Shown here one piece after another: positions 36,854 through 45,302 of a stretch of DNA of 52,924 nt. The stretch's first letter is position 1. Every line of letters begins with the position of its first letter. The stretch spans positions 1 through 52,924 of IMG/VR virus record IMGVR_UViG_3300011335_000109. One strand, written 5' to 3'. The DNA is from a virus (lineage: Duplodnaviria > Caudoviricetes). The position numbers and the translations under genes are program-made. Under the pieces are notes generated by a model. The model did not search any database and was not told the DNA's origin. It saw nothing but the letters and a program-made list of their open reading frames with translations.

Positions 36854-37120
36854 ATGCCTTACGTTAATAAGCCACGCCCATATTCAAAAGAGTACGAACA
36901 ATACCATAGCAAGCCAGAGCAGGTGAAGAAACGCGCAGCTCGCAATAAAGCCAGAGCAGAAATGGCTAAAGAGGGAAGGGTTTCTAAAGGTGATGGGAAA
37001 GACGTTGATCATAAAGTACCATTGAGTAAAGGTGGATCTACTGGTAAGAGCAATTTGGCAGTGAAATCAGTTCATGCCAATCGCTCTTATCCAAGACTTT
37101 CCAATCATAAACCTAAATGA
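36854..37120 (+). CDS. HNH endonuclease
   Basis: DVDHKVPLSKGGSTGKSNL...ANR. Confidence 0.85.
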   Translation: MPYVNKPRPYSKEYEQYHSKPEQVKKRAARNKARAEMAKEGRVSKGDGKDVDHKVPLSKGGSTGKSNLAVKSVHANRSYPRLSNHKPK

Positions 37121-37196
37121 TGGCCCACCCGATAGGAATCGAACCTATGACCCACAGCTTAGAAGGCTGTTGCTCTATCCACTGAGCTACGGGCAG
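37121..37196 (-). tRNA. tRNA-Arg (anticodon UCU), CCA encoded
   Basis: Reverse complement CTGCCCG TA GCTC AGTGGATA GAGC A ACAGC CT TCT AA GCTGT GGGTC ATAGG TTCGATT CCTAT CGGGTGG G CCA; A20 and G73 fit Arg identity. Confidence 0.95.
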
Positions 37197-37203
37197 GAAA
37201 GAA

Positions 37204-37407
37204 TTAAATCCCTAATTCCCCATCAAATTCATCCCAACTTCTAATATAGAAGTGTTCTCCAAATTCATGGATTAATTCAGCAGGATAGCCTTCTGCAATA
37301 AGCCAGTCATGAAAATTAAGACCTCTTTCATTGAGGTCTTTTTTATCCATTAGTTTTGGAAATCCATACCTCCATCCTGATGGGGGATCAATCCACACTT
37401 TGTTCAT
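37204..37407 (-). CDS. Hypothetical protein (WIDPPSGWRYGFPK type)
   Basis: Likely start ATG at 37407 (MNKVW) after GAGA RBS. Confidence 0.7.
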   Translation of the reverse strand: MNKVWIDPPSGWRYGFPKLMDKKDLNERGLNFHDWLIAEGYPAELIHEFGEHFYIRSWDEFDGELGI

Positions 37408-37588
37408 TATTTGTCTCTTTCTGTTTAAGCTGGTATAAGTTGACAAAGTAGGCCCTGTCAAATCCCCGTTGCCATTCCTTCCCTTGAATTGTTTCAGGGT
37501 CATAGTTGTTCACCATCCAATTGTTAAAGAATGCGCGGTAGCCTTGATCAAACTGAATCTTCAACGGAGGCAAGCGTTCTACTTTCAT
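37388..37588 (-). CDS. Hypothetical protein (QGYRAF...EWQRGF)
   Basis: ATGA coupling with upstream gene at 37585-37588; AAGGA RBS. Confidence 0.7.
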   Translation of the reverse strand: MKVERLPPLKIQFDQGYRAFFNNWMVNNYDPETIQGKEWQRGFDRAYFVNLYQLKQKETNNEQSVD

Positions 37589-38061
37589 ATCGTTTCCTTT
37601 AGCTGAGAAATTTTGAGGTTGTAACAACTAGATTTTACGACATACCCATTAGAAGGGTCAATGGTTCCCTTCTCCATAAACATAGCATCTTTGAAATATT
37701 GTTGCTTGTTGTATACACCTAGATACCAACCAACAGACAAGTCTTTCTTTACCCTCACAAAGGCATAGAAGTCACACTTCTGATTAGGGTTTAGAGCAGC
37801 AATGGAACAATCGTATGTAGGTAGGGGAGCTACACTAGTAGACTTTGTTTTTACATCTACTAAAATACCATCAGGCATTACCAAGTCATACTCATAAGTA
37901 TTTTTTAGGATACCACCAAGTATTTGTTGGGCAATAGATTCTCCAATAAAGCCTACAAGATTTCCACCACCGTTGGTGATGGAGTTATGTAGCTTCCCCA
38001 TTTCCACACTCTTTTCCCTAGCCTCTAAAAGCATGCTATCGCTTACAGCAACCTCAATCAT
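37585..38061 (-). CDS. Hypothetical protein, possible PD-(D/E)xK nuclease fold
   Basis: GFIGE...YDL...VDVKTK pattern; ATGA coupling with nrdB. Confidence 0.65.
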   Translation of the reverse strand: MIEVAVSDSMLLEAREKSVEMGKLHNSITNGGGNLVGFIGESIAQQILGGILKNTYEYDLVMPDGILVDVKTKSTSVAPLPTYDCSIAALNPNQKCDFYAFVRVKKDLSVGWYLGVYNKQQYFKDAMFMEKGTIDPSNGYVVKSSCYNLKISQLKETI

Positions 38062-39002
38062 GCTTGTCCCCATACATCATCCCAACTGCCTGTTACAGCC
38101 CCTTTAGCATAGTCTGTAACACGCTGTTCAAAGAAGTTTGTATGGGAAGTACCAAGCATTCCATCAACCCACGGCAAAGGATTCTTCTTAATCTTGAAGA
38201 TGCCTTTCATGCCCATAGAGATTAGCCGCCTGTCTGCGATATATCTAATATACGATTTAACTTCTTCCTTGTTGAGTCCCTCGACATCTCCGCTGATACC
38301 AAAAGCCAAATCAACAAATCCATCTTCAAGCGCAACCATTTCAATTGCAATTTGTTTAATATCTTCTGGGGAAGTTTCATTCATATTCTCCTTAACATAT
38401 TCACGATAGAGCTTAATCATGCCTTCAGCATGTTGAGTCTCATCGACAATAGACCAAGAAATGATTTGTCCCAAGCCCTTAAGCTTACCATGTCTAGCAA
38501 AGTTTAAGAGCATAACAAAGCTGGAGAACAATTGCATACCCTCTCCAAATGCAGAGATGACAGCAATCTTCTTAGCAAGTGGTAAATCGTTTAGCTTATC
38601 AAAGTAAGCATGCTTATCCACCATCTCTTTATATTCCAGAAACTCATTGTATGTAGATTCTGGTAGTCCCAATGTCTCAATGAGATGGGCATAGGCAGCT
38701 ACATGCAATGCCTCTCTAGCAGCAAAGCCACTAAGCATCATCTTAATTTCTGGATGGTTAAACACTGGAATGTAGTGTTCATGATAACCAGAGCCAATGT
38801 CTAGATCGCCTTGGACAAAAAAGCGCAAAATCTTTGTGAGAAGTTGTCTTTCTTTTTCTGACAGCTTTTCTTTGTAGTCTTTAACATCCTCAGACATTGG
38901 CACTTCCGTATGGAGCCAATGGCTTTGTTCGTGTTGAAGCCAAGCGTCATATGCCCAAGGATAGGCAAATGGTTTAAATGTGAGTCTATCGTCAGTAAGC
39001 AT
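38058..39002 (-). CDS. nrdB: Class I ribonucleotide reductase beta subunit
   Basis: FKPFAYPWA, EALHVAAY, EGMQLFSSF, DETQH, NFFE; start reassigned to ATG 39002 with GGAGG RBS. Confidence 0.95.
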   Translation of the reverse strand: MLTDDRLTFKPFAYPWAYDAWLQHEQSHWLHTEVPMSEDVKDYKEKLSEKERQLLTKILRFFVQGDLDIGSGYHEHYIPVFNHPEIKMMLSGFAAREALHVAAYAHLIETLGLPESTYNEFLEYKEMVDKHAYFDKLNDLPLAKKIAVISAFGEGMQLFSSFVMLLNFARHGKLKGLGQIISWSIVDETQHAEGMIKLYREYVKENMNETSPEDIKQIAIEMVALEDGFVDLAFGISGDVEGLNKEEVKSYIRYIADRRLISMGMKGIFKIKKNPLPWVDGMLGTSHTNFFEQRVTDYAKGAVTGSWDDVWGQA

Positions 39003-39115
39003 TACCAATGCCTCCATGTGTTTGCGATTATGTGGATGCAGGTAATCATTTCGACTACCCGCATTATCATCTGGCATTTCTTGGACAGAATAATTCTTAT
39101 ACAAAGTTTTTCCAT
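39002..39115 (-). CDS. 37-aa peptide coupled to nrdB (not in track)
   Basis: MEKLCIRIILSKKCQMIMRVVEMITCIHIIANTWRHW; its TAA overlaps the nrdB ATG. Confidence 0.5.
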   Translation of the reverse strand: MEKLCIRIILSKKCQMIMRVVEMITCIHIIANTWRHW

Positions 39116-39120
39116 AAAAA

Positions 39121-39393
39121 TTATTTATTGTTTTTCTCCTTCAGGTTGGATTCAATTGCTCGGGCAAATTCAAACCAGTATTCGGATTCAGCGGGAGTAT
39201 TTTTCCAAATTTTGATAAGTTCTTCTTCTGTTAGCCCAATCCATTCGCGCTTGGGTTGCAACTCAACATTGTTTAATTTCCATGCGTGAGTTTGGAAACG
39301 TTCTTTTGTCATTGTGTATTGGCACATACATCCCGACAAAGTGCTGAAATGAAGACCCACGATGCCTCCGCAATTTGGACAGTTACTGCTCAT
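39121..39393 (-). CDS. Mosaic array ORF 6 (Cys-rich head + WxGLTxEE + AIExxLKEKN)
   Basis: CPNC...CMC; KREWIGLTEEE; EFARAIESNLKEKN. Confidence 0.8.
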   Translation of the reverse strand: MSSNCPNCGGIVGLHFSTLSGCMCQYTMTKERFQTHAWKLNNVELQPKREWIGLTEEELIKIWKNTPAESEYWFEFARAIESNLKEKNNK

Positions 39394-39650
39394 GTGTTCT
39401 TGCTCCGGAGTTTGTCCTCAACAGCTTTGATAACGCCAAGACCATCACACCAAATTTCAAAGCCATGGTCATCAATCGTATACTTGTCAATGATTTCTTT
39501 AACTTCCTCATCCGTCAGCCCCCGCCATTCACGCTTGGACAAACGACCGCCTTCAAACGCAAGAGCAAGTAGCTCAAGTATTTCTGGTGAAACGGCGACT
39601 TGCTTGAGGTTTGCCAACCGCCATGTTTCAAACGGTGAATCTTGGTTCAT
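39390..39650 (-). CDS. Mosaic array ORF 5
   Basis: KREWRGLTDEE; AVEDKLRSKNT; ATGA overlaps on both sides. Confidence 0.8.
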   Translation of the reverse strand: MNQDSPFETWRLANLKQVAVSPEILELLALAFEGGRLSKREWRGLTDEEVKEIIDKYTIDDHGFEIWCDGLGVIKAVEDKLRSKNT

Positions 39651-40135
39651 GTGTTCTTCTCCTTGAGTTTGAATTCGATTACTTTATAAATTGACCGTCT
39701 GGAGGAATTTTGAAATGCGTCATGTATTTCCTCATCCGTCAGCCCAACCCACGGGCGCTGTGGTGGGAAAGTGTCAGGTGCATGCACCATTTCTTCGCTC
39801 CCATCATTTTTGATGTCCCACACAGCGCCACATACGCAATTTAATGTGTGCGCCACCGGCTCCTGCTCATCCTTTTCTTTTTCCCAACCCTTGGGTCGGC
39901 GCGTAAACCCTGCTTCGCGCAGCTTCTGTGAACGTGTTTTCTTTTCAACCATTGCGTTGTACGCATCTTTCAGAAGATTGCCTGTCACCGGCTCCGGTTG
40001 CTCCAACCTATCGCGCAGAATGGTGATGGCATTGTTTTGGATGTTTAGTTGTTCTTTGTCGCCGTAATCTTGAATGACCGGCAGGTTCCATTCCAGCGCA
40101 TCCAACGCCTTTATAAAAAGTTCGCGGTCAGTCAT
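39647..40135 (-). CDS. Mosaic array ORF 4
   Basis: MTDRELF..ALDAL; QPEPV; EQEPVA; PPQRPWVGLTDEE; IEFKLKEKNT. Confidence 0.8.
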   Translation of the reverse strand: MTDRELFIKALDALEWNLPVIQDYGDKEQLNIQNNAITILRDRLEQPEPVTGNLLKDAYNAMVEKKTRSQKLREAGFTRRPKGWEKEKDEQEPVAHTLNCVCGAVWDIKNDGSEEMVHAPDTFPPQRPWVGLTDEEIHDAFQNSSRRSIYKVIEFKLKEKNT

Positions 40136-40446
40136 TCTTCAACTCCGAAATGTTGTTTAATCTTACGCAATAATTCGACACGCTCCATGTCCCACCCCTT
40201 TTGTTTTTCTGCCATATTGCGGTTAGCAATACGGTCGCATCGTTCGGCGTGTTTAAGTTCCACTTCAATCATCCCGTCAATCAATTCAACTTCTCGCTCT
40301 GTCAGCCCAACCCACTGGCGCTGTGCCATAACAAGCGGTATCTCTTGCCAATGTGAATACTTTTCAGGCCAATCCATTTTCTTGTGGGTCAGCACGGGGT
40401 CATCGATGTTGCCATCACAGATGTATAGGTAGGCTTGCGGTGTCAT
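40132..40446 (-). CDS. Mosaic array ORF 3
   Basis: AQRQWVGLTERE; ends QHFGVEE. Confidence 0.75.
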   Translation of the reverse strand: MTPQAYLYICDGNIDDPVLTHKKMDWPEKYSHWQEIPLVMAQRQWVGLTEREVELIDGMIEVELKHAERCDRIANRNMAEKQKGWDMERVELLRKIKQHFGVEE

Positions 40447-40449
40447 GTG

Positions 40450-40860
40450 TTATTCCTTAATCCCGTGTGCGGCTTCGATGGCTCTGGCAAATTTAATAAG
40501 TTCCGGCCATCCTCCTGCCAGCGGCTCGGCATCCATTGCTTTAGCGCATTCGCGCATCTCCTCATCCGTCAGCGGCTTGCGCTGTGGTGGGGTGGTGTAG
40601 AGCGGCAACCATTCAGAATCAGGCGCACTTGGTTTGCGAACAGGTTTAAAAGAATGAAATTCAGTCCATCCACTTTTACTGTCATACCATGCCACCGGCT
40701 CCTGCTCTGGTTGCGCCAGCCTCTTGCGCAGTGCGGTGATGGCGTCGTACACCAAAAGGTTGTCAAACCACATTTCAGAACCACCAATCAATGTTGTTTG
40801 TTGTGTACAACATGAATTCAACGCATCCAGCGCCTGTTGCATTAGTTCGCGGTCAGTCAT
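40450..40860 (-). CDS. Mosaic array ORF 2
   Basis: Start at 40860 (ATGA overlap): MTDRELMQQALDAL; QPEQEPVAW; PLYTTPPQRKPLTDEE; FARAIEAAHGIKE. Confidence 0.8.
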   Translation of the reverse strand: MTDRELMQQALDALNSCCTQQTTLIGGSEMWFDNLLVYDAITALRKRLAQPEQEPVAWYDSKSGWTEFHSFKPVRKPSAPDSEWLPLYTTPPQRKPLTDEEMRECAKAMDAEPLAGGWPELIKFARAIEAAHGIKE

Positions 40861-41108
40861 TTCTCTCCCCTTGCGCGGATAGCGGCAGCAATACATCGCG
40901 CTGCACCAGATTGCAATGGAAGACTTGTAAGCATTTCTAAGTTGTGTCTGTTGTTATCGGCAATTTTGGCGCACTCTTCCCGTTCATGCGCGGCAACAAG
41001 GGCGGCAAAGCGTTCAAAGACAGGCGCGAGGTCACGCTCAACCCATGTCATGTGGTCAAACATTGCCCCAGCCTCCCGCGCCATGCGGATGATGTCTTCT
41101 TTATCCAT
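40857..41108 (-). CDS. Mosaic array ORF 1
   Basis: MDKEDIIRMAREAG...ERFAALVAAHEREECAK...AAAIRARG; AAGGA RBS inside the nrdA end. Confidence 0.8.
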   Translation of the reverse strand: MDKEDIIRMAREAGAMFDHMTWVERDLAPVFERFAALVAAHEREECAKIADNNRHNLEMLTSLPLQSGAARCIAAAIRARGEK

Positions 41109-41112
41109 ATCT

Positions 41113-42879
41113 TTATCCTTCACAAGCTAAACAAGTTTCTCCATCAACAATAGCCTTCAATGATACATCATCTTCCAGCTTTTGCCGTTTGATTTGTGCT
41201 CCTACTTTGTCTGCTTTACGCACCTTCTCAGATCGTAGGTAATACAAACTTTTCAGCCCTCCCTTCCATGCCATGAAGTGAACAGCATGTAAATACTTTG
41301 TAGATACATTAGCAGGAAAGAACAGGTTAATGCTTTGTCCTTGATCAATATAAAACTGGCGATCAGCAGCAAGCTCAACAATCCAGCGTTGATCAATTTC
41401 CATAGCGGTCTTAAACACTTCTTTAATACGCTCTGGTACATCTAGATGCTGCACTGATCCATCGTTAGCTGCAATGGATGCCCATGTCTCATCATCATTC
41501 CTACCAATCTTTTCCAAAGCAGCTTCAAGAAACTTATTCTTTGTTACATAAGATCCACTAAGCGTGTCCTGCTTGTACATGTTGGCACGATAGGGTTCTA
41601 CGGATGGGCTTGTATTGCCCATGATAAGGCTGCTAGAAGCGTTTGGAGCAATAGCCATATGATGACTAAAGCGACGGGTTACATTGTGTTCCTGAGCGTC
41701 TGGGCAGCTTCCCCTGTCCCATGCCAACGTCCTATCCCCTTCAATGCATTTGTCATGAATGTGCTTGAAAATTTCCTTGTTAATAATCTTAGCCAACACA
41801 CTATCAAAAGAAAGTCCTTTCTTCTGCAAATAAGCATGGAAACCCAAAGCACCAATGCCAATGTCACGCTCACGCATTGCTGAATATCTAGCCCTGCTAA
41901 TGGTGTCAGGTGCGTTGTCAATAAAATATTGCAACACATTATCCAGCATCTGCATTACGTCTAAGATGAAAAGCTGATCGCCTTTCCAGTCATCGTAATA
42001 TTCCAAATTCAATGAGGAAAGACAGCACACTGCTGTACGTTCTTCATTTGTAGGTAAAAAGATTTCAGTGCAAAGATTGCTACCATTGATGGCAAGGTCT
42101 TGCATCTTCAGCCAATAAGGAAGTTTTTTATTTGCTGTATCAATGAAGATGAGATAGGGTTCTCCGGTTTGCATACGGAGTTCCAAAATCTTTTGCCAAA
42201 GATATTTAGCAGACACAACTTCCACTACATTCCCAGTGGCAGGATTTAACAAAGGCCAATCATCACTGACGTTTTCATCTTTCATACATGCTTCAATGAT
42301 TTTCATGAAATCATCAGAGATGTTAATGCCGTGATGAAGATTGAGGGTACGAATGTTTTGATCACCAGTTGGCTTTCTCATTTCCAAGAAAGCAATGATG
42401 TCAGGATGAGAGATGTCTAGATATGCAGCATAAGATCCGCGACGGGTTCTTCCTTGACGATAAGCCAATGAAGAAGCGTCATAGATTTTTAAATGAGGCA
42501 TTACTCCAGTGGATTTATCGTCACTATTACGAATACCAACATGGACACCAACGCCACCACCGAACATGCTAAGCCAATTGGTTTCAGAAAGGTTATCGAC
42601 CAAACCCTCTGCACTATCATCCATGTAATTGAGAAAGCATGAAATGGGAAGACCACGCTTAGACCTACCAAAGCTAAGAATAGGAGTAGAATAAGAGAGC
42701 CAATGTTTGCTGCTGTATTCATAAAGCCTCTGTGCATGTTCATTAGATGAAGAAAACATTTTAGAAACAAACGCAAACCGTTCTTGTGGGCTTGTCTCAT
42801 CTTCTCGCATGTAGCTTTCTCTAAGCCTCTGCGCTCCCAACTTATCAAACAATGCGTCCCGTGTATAGTCTAGTTTCAT
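41113..42879 (-). CDS. nrdA: Class I ribonucleotide reductase alpha subunit (short N-terminus, no ATP cone apparent)
   Basis: PISCF, GSNLCTEI, IAPNASSS, IDQGQS, KSLYY, C-terminal CLAC. Confidence 0.96.
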   Translation of the reverse strand: MKLDYTRDALFDKLGAQRLRESYMREDETSPQERFAFVSKMFSSSNEHAQRLYEYSSKHWLSYSTPILSFGRSKRGLPISCFLNYMDDSAEGLVDNLSETNWLSMFGGGVGVHVGIRNSDDKSTGVMPHLKIYDASSLAYRQGRTRRGSYAAYLDISHPDIIAFLEMRKPTGDQNIRTLNLHHGINISDDFMKIIEACMKDENVSDDWPLLNPATGNVVEVVSAKYLWQKILELRMQTGEPYLIFIDTANKKLPYWLKMQDLAINGSNLCTEIFLPTNEERTAVCCLSSLNLEYYDDWKGDQLFILDVMQMLDNVLQYFIDNAPDTISRARYSAMRERDIGIGALGFHAYLQKKGLSFDSVLAKIINKEIFKHIHDKCIEGDRTLAWDRGSCPDAQEHNVTRRFSHHMAIAPNASSSLIMGNTSPSVEPYRANMYKQDTLSGSYVTKNKFLEAALEKIGRNDDETWASIAANDGSVQHLDVPERIKEVFKTAMEIDQRWIVELAADRQFYIDQGQSINLFFPANVSTKYLHAVHFMAWKGGLKSLYYLRSEKVRKADKVGAQIKRQKLEDDVSLKAIVDGETCLACEG

Positions 42880-42880
42880 G

Positions 42881-42896
42881 TTATCTCCGGAGATAA
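42881..42896. promoter_or_regulatory. Perfect 16-bp palindrome covering the nrdA ribosome-binding site
   Basis: TTATCTCCGGAGATAA, 1 nt from the nrdA ATG; contains GGAG. Confidence 0.5.
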
Positions 42897-42926
42897 AAAA
42901 AGAGGAAAGAAAAGTCTTTCCCCTTT
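42895..42926 (-). terminator. Probable intrinsic terminator upstream of nrdA
   Basis: Minus strand AAAGGGGAAAGA-CTTT-TCTTTCCTC followed by TTTTTTT. Confidence 0.6.
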
Positions 42927-42947
42927 GAGGTCGGCTGTTATATGCTG

Positions 42948-43145
42948 TTATTGTTTTTCTGGAAAGAGGGTTTCTGTTTTTAGTTGCATTTTTTGAGAAA
43001 TATCGTAGCCATAAACTGTTGACAAAAACAAAACAAAGCGCTCAAGAACTTCATCCCATGAGGCGTCATATGGTAAATGCACAGACGCTGCAAAATGATT
43101 ATCTTCAGGATCTGTTGAAAAGAATTTCCAGTTGGTAGTGTCCAT
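42948..43145 (-). CDS. Small hypothetical protein (WDEVLERFVLFLSTVYGY)
   Basis: ATG at 43145 with AAGGA RBS. Confidence 0.7.
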   Translation of the reverse strand: MDTTNWKFFSTDPEDNHFAASVHLPYDASWDEVLERFVLFLSTVYGYDISQKMQLKTETLFPEKQ

Positions 43146-43146
43146 T

Positions 43147-43767
43147 TTATTCCTTAAACAAAGAAGGGAAAAGACTTTCGATGACAACCTTACATTGATC
43201 AGCTACATCCCTATGTTCTTTCTGCGTTGCCTTGTCGCATCTGATATCTAGGTAATGGAGCCAACTACGAAGTGTACCATTCATATAAAGTCTAGACAAC
43301 ATTATACCCTCTGGCAGTACCTTCCTAGCAACTTCTTTTGCAATGCCATTATCTAGTGCCTGATGATAAGCGTCTAAGCTAGTGGACAATACTGTTTGCT
43401 GTAGGCTCCACCAATAGCGATAGAGTTCTTTGTCTTCCACCTCAATAGAGTTTTGCCTGTTCTTCCAATCTTGCAAGCGAGGCTGAGAAAACTCTGACTC
43501 ACTTGCAATGGCATAGCGTTGACTAAACTCCTGAAAGCTAAAGCTTCTATGCCGCAACATTTGTCTCGCTATGTCACGGGTTGTCTCAATTTCCATACAA
43601 ACATTGACCATCTCGAAAGGTGACCAATGTTTATTGTCAATTAAATACTTTAGGAGTTTAGGTGCGGTGGCTCTATTGTCTTGGTTCTCCGGATTAGAAA
43701 CCCTTGCCATGTAAGCAATAAGGTTTTCCCCATCCGGAGTTGCCCAAATCAACTTTACTTTAGACAT
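43147..43767 (-). CDS. thyX: Flavin-dependent thymidylate synthase
   Basis: HWSPFE, RHRSFSFQEFSQRY, EVARKVLP, TQKEHR; start MSKVKLIW at 43767. Confidence 0.95.
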   Translation of the reverse strand: MSKVKLIWATPDGENLIAYMARVSNPENQDNRATAPKLLKYLIDNKHWSPFEMVNVCMEIETTRDIARQMLRHRSFSFQEFSQRYAIASESEFSQPRLQDWKNRQNSIEVEDKELYRYWWSLQQTVLSTSLDAYHQALDNGIAKEVARKVLPEGIMLSRLYMNGTLRSWLHYLDIRCDKATQKEHRDVADQCKVVIESLFPSLFKE

Positions 43768-44158
43768 TGCTTTCCTGTAATTTAGTTTCTGCGGGAAGTG
43801 CTTCGTCTTCTGTTTCAAACAATTCAAAGTATTGTTCAGCTTCAGAATGAATCATGAAGTAGTAAAGCAAAGTGCGACATGCTTTAGCCACTTCATCTTC
43901 AAATGCTACATCATCTGGATGACCATCTACAATAGGACATTCAATACAACGTTCATATGTTTCTTTAAGAGTATTAACAAGAATGTCATCCACTTCGTCT
44001 TCTGTTAGTCCTTTGTTGGTACAAACGCTCTTAAGCAAAGCAACAATACCAACTTTAAGAAGACCATTGCGAGCATCATCATCACAAGTAAATGAACAAG
44101 AAGCGCTACCATCCTCATGCTCAATCATTGTTTCCAATACAATTTTTCCATCAACCAT
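43760..44158 (-). CDS. Hypothetical protein
   Basis: Likely start MVDGKIV at 44158; EHEDGSA motif. Confidence 0.65.
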   Translation of the reverse strand: MVDGKIVLETMIEHEDGSASCSFTCDDDARNGLLKVGIVALLKSVCTNKGLTEDEVDDILVNTLKETYERCIECPIVDGHPDDVAFEDEVAKACRTLLYYFMIHSEAEQYFELFETEDEALPAETKLQESNV

Positions 44159-44531
44159 TTTTCTTTCTCCTGAGTTTTTCCGTATCAGTTTTTGATTTAT
44201 GACACGGCTTGCATAAAATCTGGAAGTTGTCAGCTTCACAGAACATTCTCTCAACGTAATTGTTCCAGTCTATAAATCCTTCTTTACCTACAACAGGAAT
44301 GATATGGTCTACTTGTACATCCAATCCAAGAAATGTTTTCTTACATTTAGCGCATTGATAATGTAGTGCAAGCTTTCCTGTCTTGGCATTCACTTTCCTT
44401 CCAACACTAGCCTTCTTCAATACCTCAAATTTTACAGGCCAGCGTCTTGATGCCATTCGCAAAGCGGAGACAATAAAACTTCTCCACCTTGCTTCAGTCC
44501 ATTGCCCACTATTTCTAGTCTTCTTCGTCAT
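44151..44531 (-). CDS. HNH endonuclease, possible resolvase
   Basis: YQCAKC...VQVDHIIPV...LCKPCH. Confidence 0.85.
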   Translation of the reverse strand: MTKKTRNSGQWTEARWRSFIVSALRMASRRWPVKFEVLKKASVGRKVNAKTGKLALHYQCAKCKKTFLGLDVQVDHIIPVVGKEGFIDWNNYVERMFCEADNFQILCKPCHKSKTDTEKLRRKKNG

Positions 44532-44712
44532 GCAAGCCTTCAAAGTCAACGTATGTAATAGTTACATCGTCTTCAGTTGCTCCCAAACTATTAAAGGCTT
44601 GACACAAAGCATCAATGAAAGCTTCATGCAACACATCCTCATCTGCAAGCAAACCAGCCGGTACTTCAGACTTAGGAATATTAATTTCCAATTCAGCGGT
44701 AATTGTAATCAT
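44515..44712 (-). CDS. Small acidic hypothetical protein
   Basis: 65 aa; AAGGA RBS. Confidence 0.65.
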   Translation of the reverse strand: MITITAELEINIPKSEVPAGLLADEDVLHEAFIDALCQAFNSLGATEDDVTITYVDFEGLHDEED

Positions 44713-44721
44713 TTGTTTTCC

Positions 44722-44979
44722 TTAGTAAAGCATGTCTTCAACAAGTTTAGCATAGCCAGCAATGTCATGCCAATGATCAATCTCTTGTGGTTGCCCACCG
44801 TTAACAATGCGAGCAATCTTATGGCAAATCATATCAACGCTTTCTTTCATTGGCAAGGACAAACTATCATAATTCGCGCCCATTCGTACAATGTCTTTTA
44901 ATTGTTGTGCGGTCACGGCAAGTGTTTCGTATTTACCATACACGTTACCCCTCAATTCAAGAGTGTCTTCAATGTTCAA
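44722..44979 (-). CDS. DUF6378-like protein
   Basis: RGNVYG...KIARIVNG...DHWHDIAGYA. Confidence 0.8.
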   Translation of the reverse strand: MNIEDTLELRGNVYGKYETLAVTAQQLKDIVRMGANYDSLSLPMKESVDMICHKIARIVNGGQPQEIDHWHDIAGYAKLVEDMLY

Positions 44980-45302
44980 TGTTTGCTCCCAACAGTTTTA
45001 GTGCGTGGTGTTAGGGTGTATTCATCATCATGGCTAAATGCTACGTTCTCGCTCTCTTCATAAAACCTATGAAAGAAACGTTCAATAATTTTCCTTGCTC
45101 TTTCATCTTGATCCATCAAAGGAATAACAGATGCCATAAGCATGGCTGTGTTGAGTAGGAGATCATAGTCTTCATCAGTCATTTTATTTTCTACTGTACC
45201 AATAATAACTTCAAACTCACCGTCCCAATCAGGGCCATAGTCAGTAGGACGTAACACAATGCATACGTCATTTGATTCTGTTTTCAAAGGGGTGGGTGCC
45301 AT
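44976..45302 (-). CDS. Hypothetical protein
   Basis: 108 aa; overlaps neighbours in operon fashion. Confidence 0.7.
   Translation of the reverse strand: MAPTPLKTESNDVCIVLRPTDYGPDWDGEFEVIIGTVENKMTDEDYDLLLNTAMLMASVIPLMDQDERARKIIERFFHRFYEESENVAFSHDDEYTLTPRTKTVGSKH

Noticed and set aside
37121-37196. tRNA as a prophage attachment boundary
   Set aside because: Phage genes lie on both sides, no duplicated tRNA fragment was seen, and no host genes are in the window
39003-39104. 34-aa N-terminal extension of NrdB in the ORF track
   Set aside because: A strong GGAGG RBS precedes ATG 39002, and the region is better explained by a separate 37-aa ORF
43980-44015. GLTEDE in ORF 43760-44158 resembling the array's GLTDEE block
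   Set aside because: Lacks the preceding RxW and has no DNA-level similarity to the array repeats; probably chance
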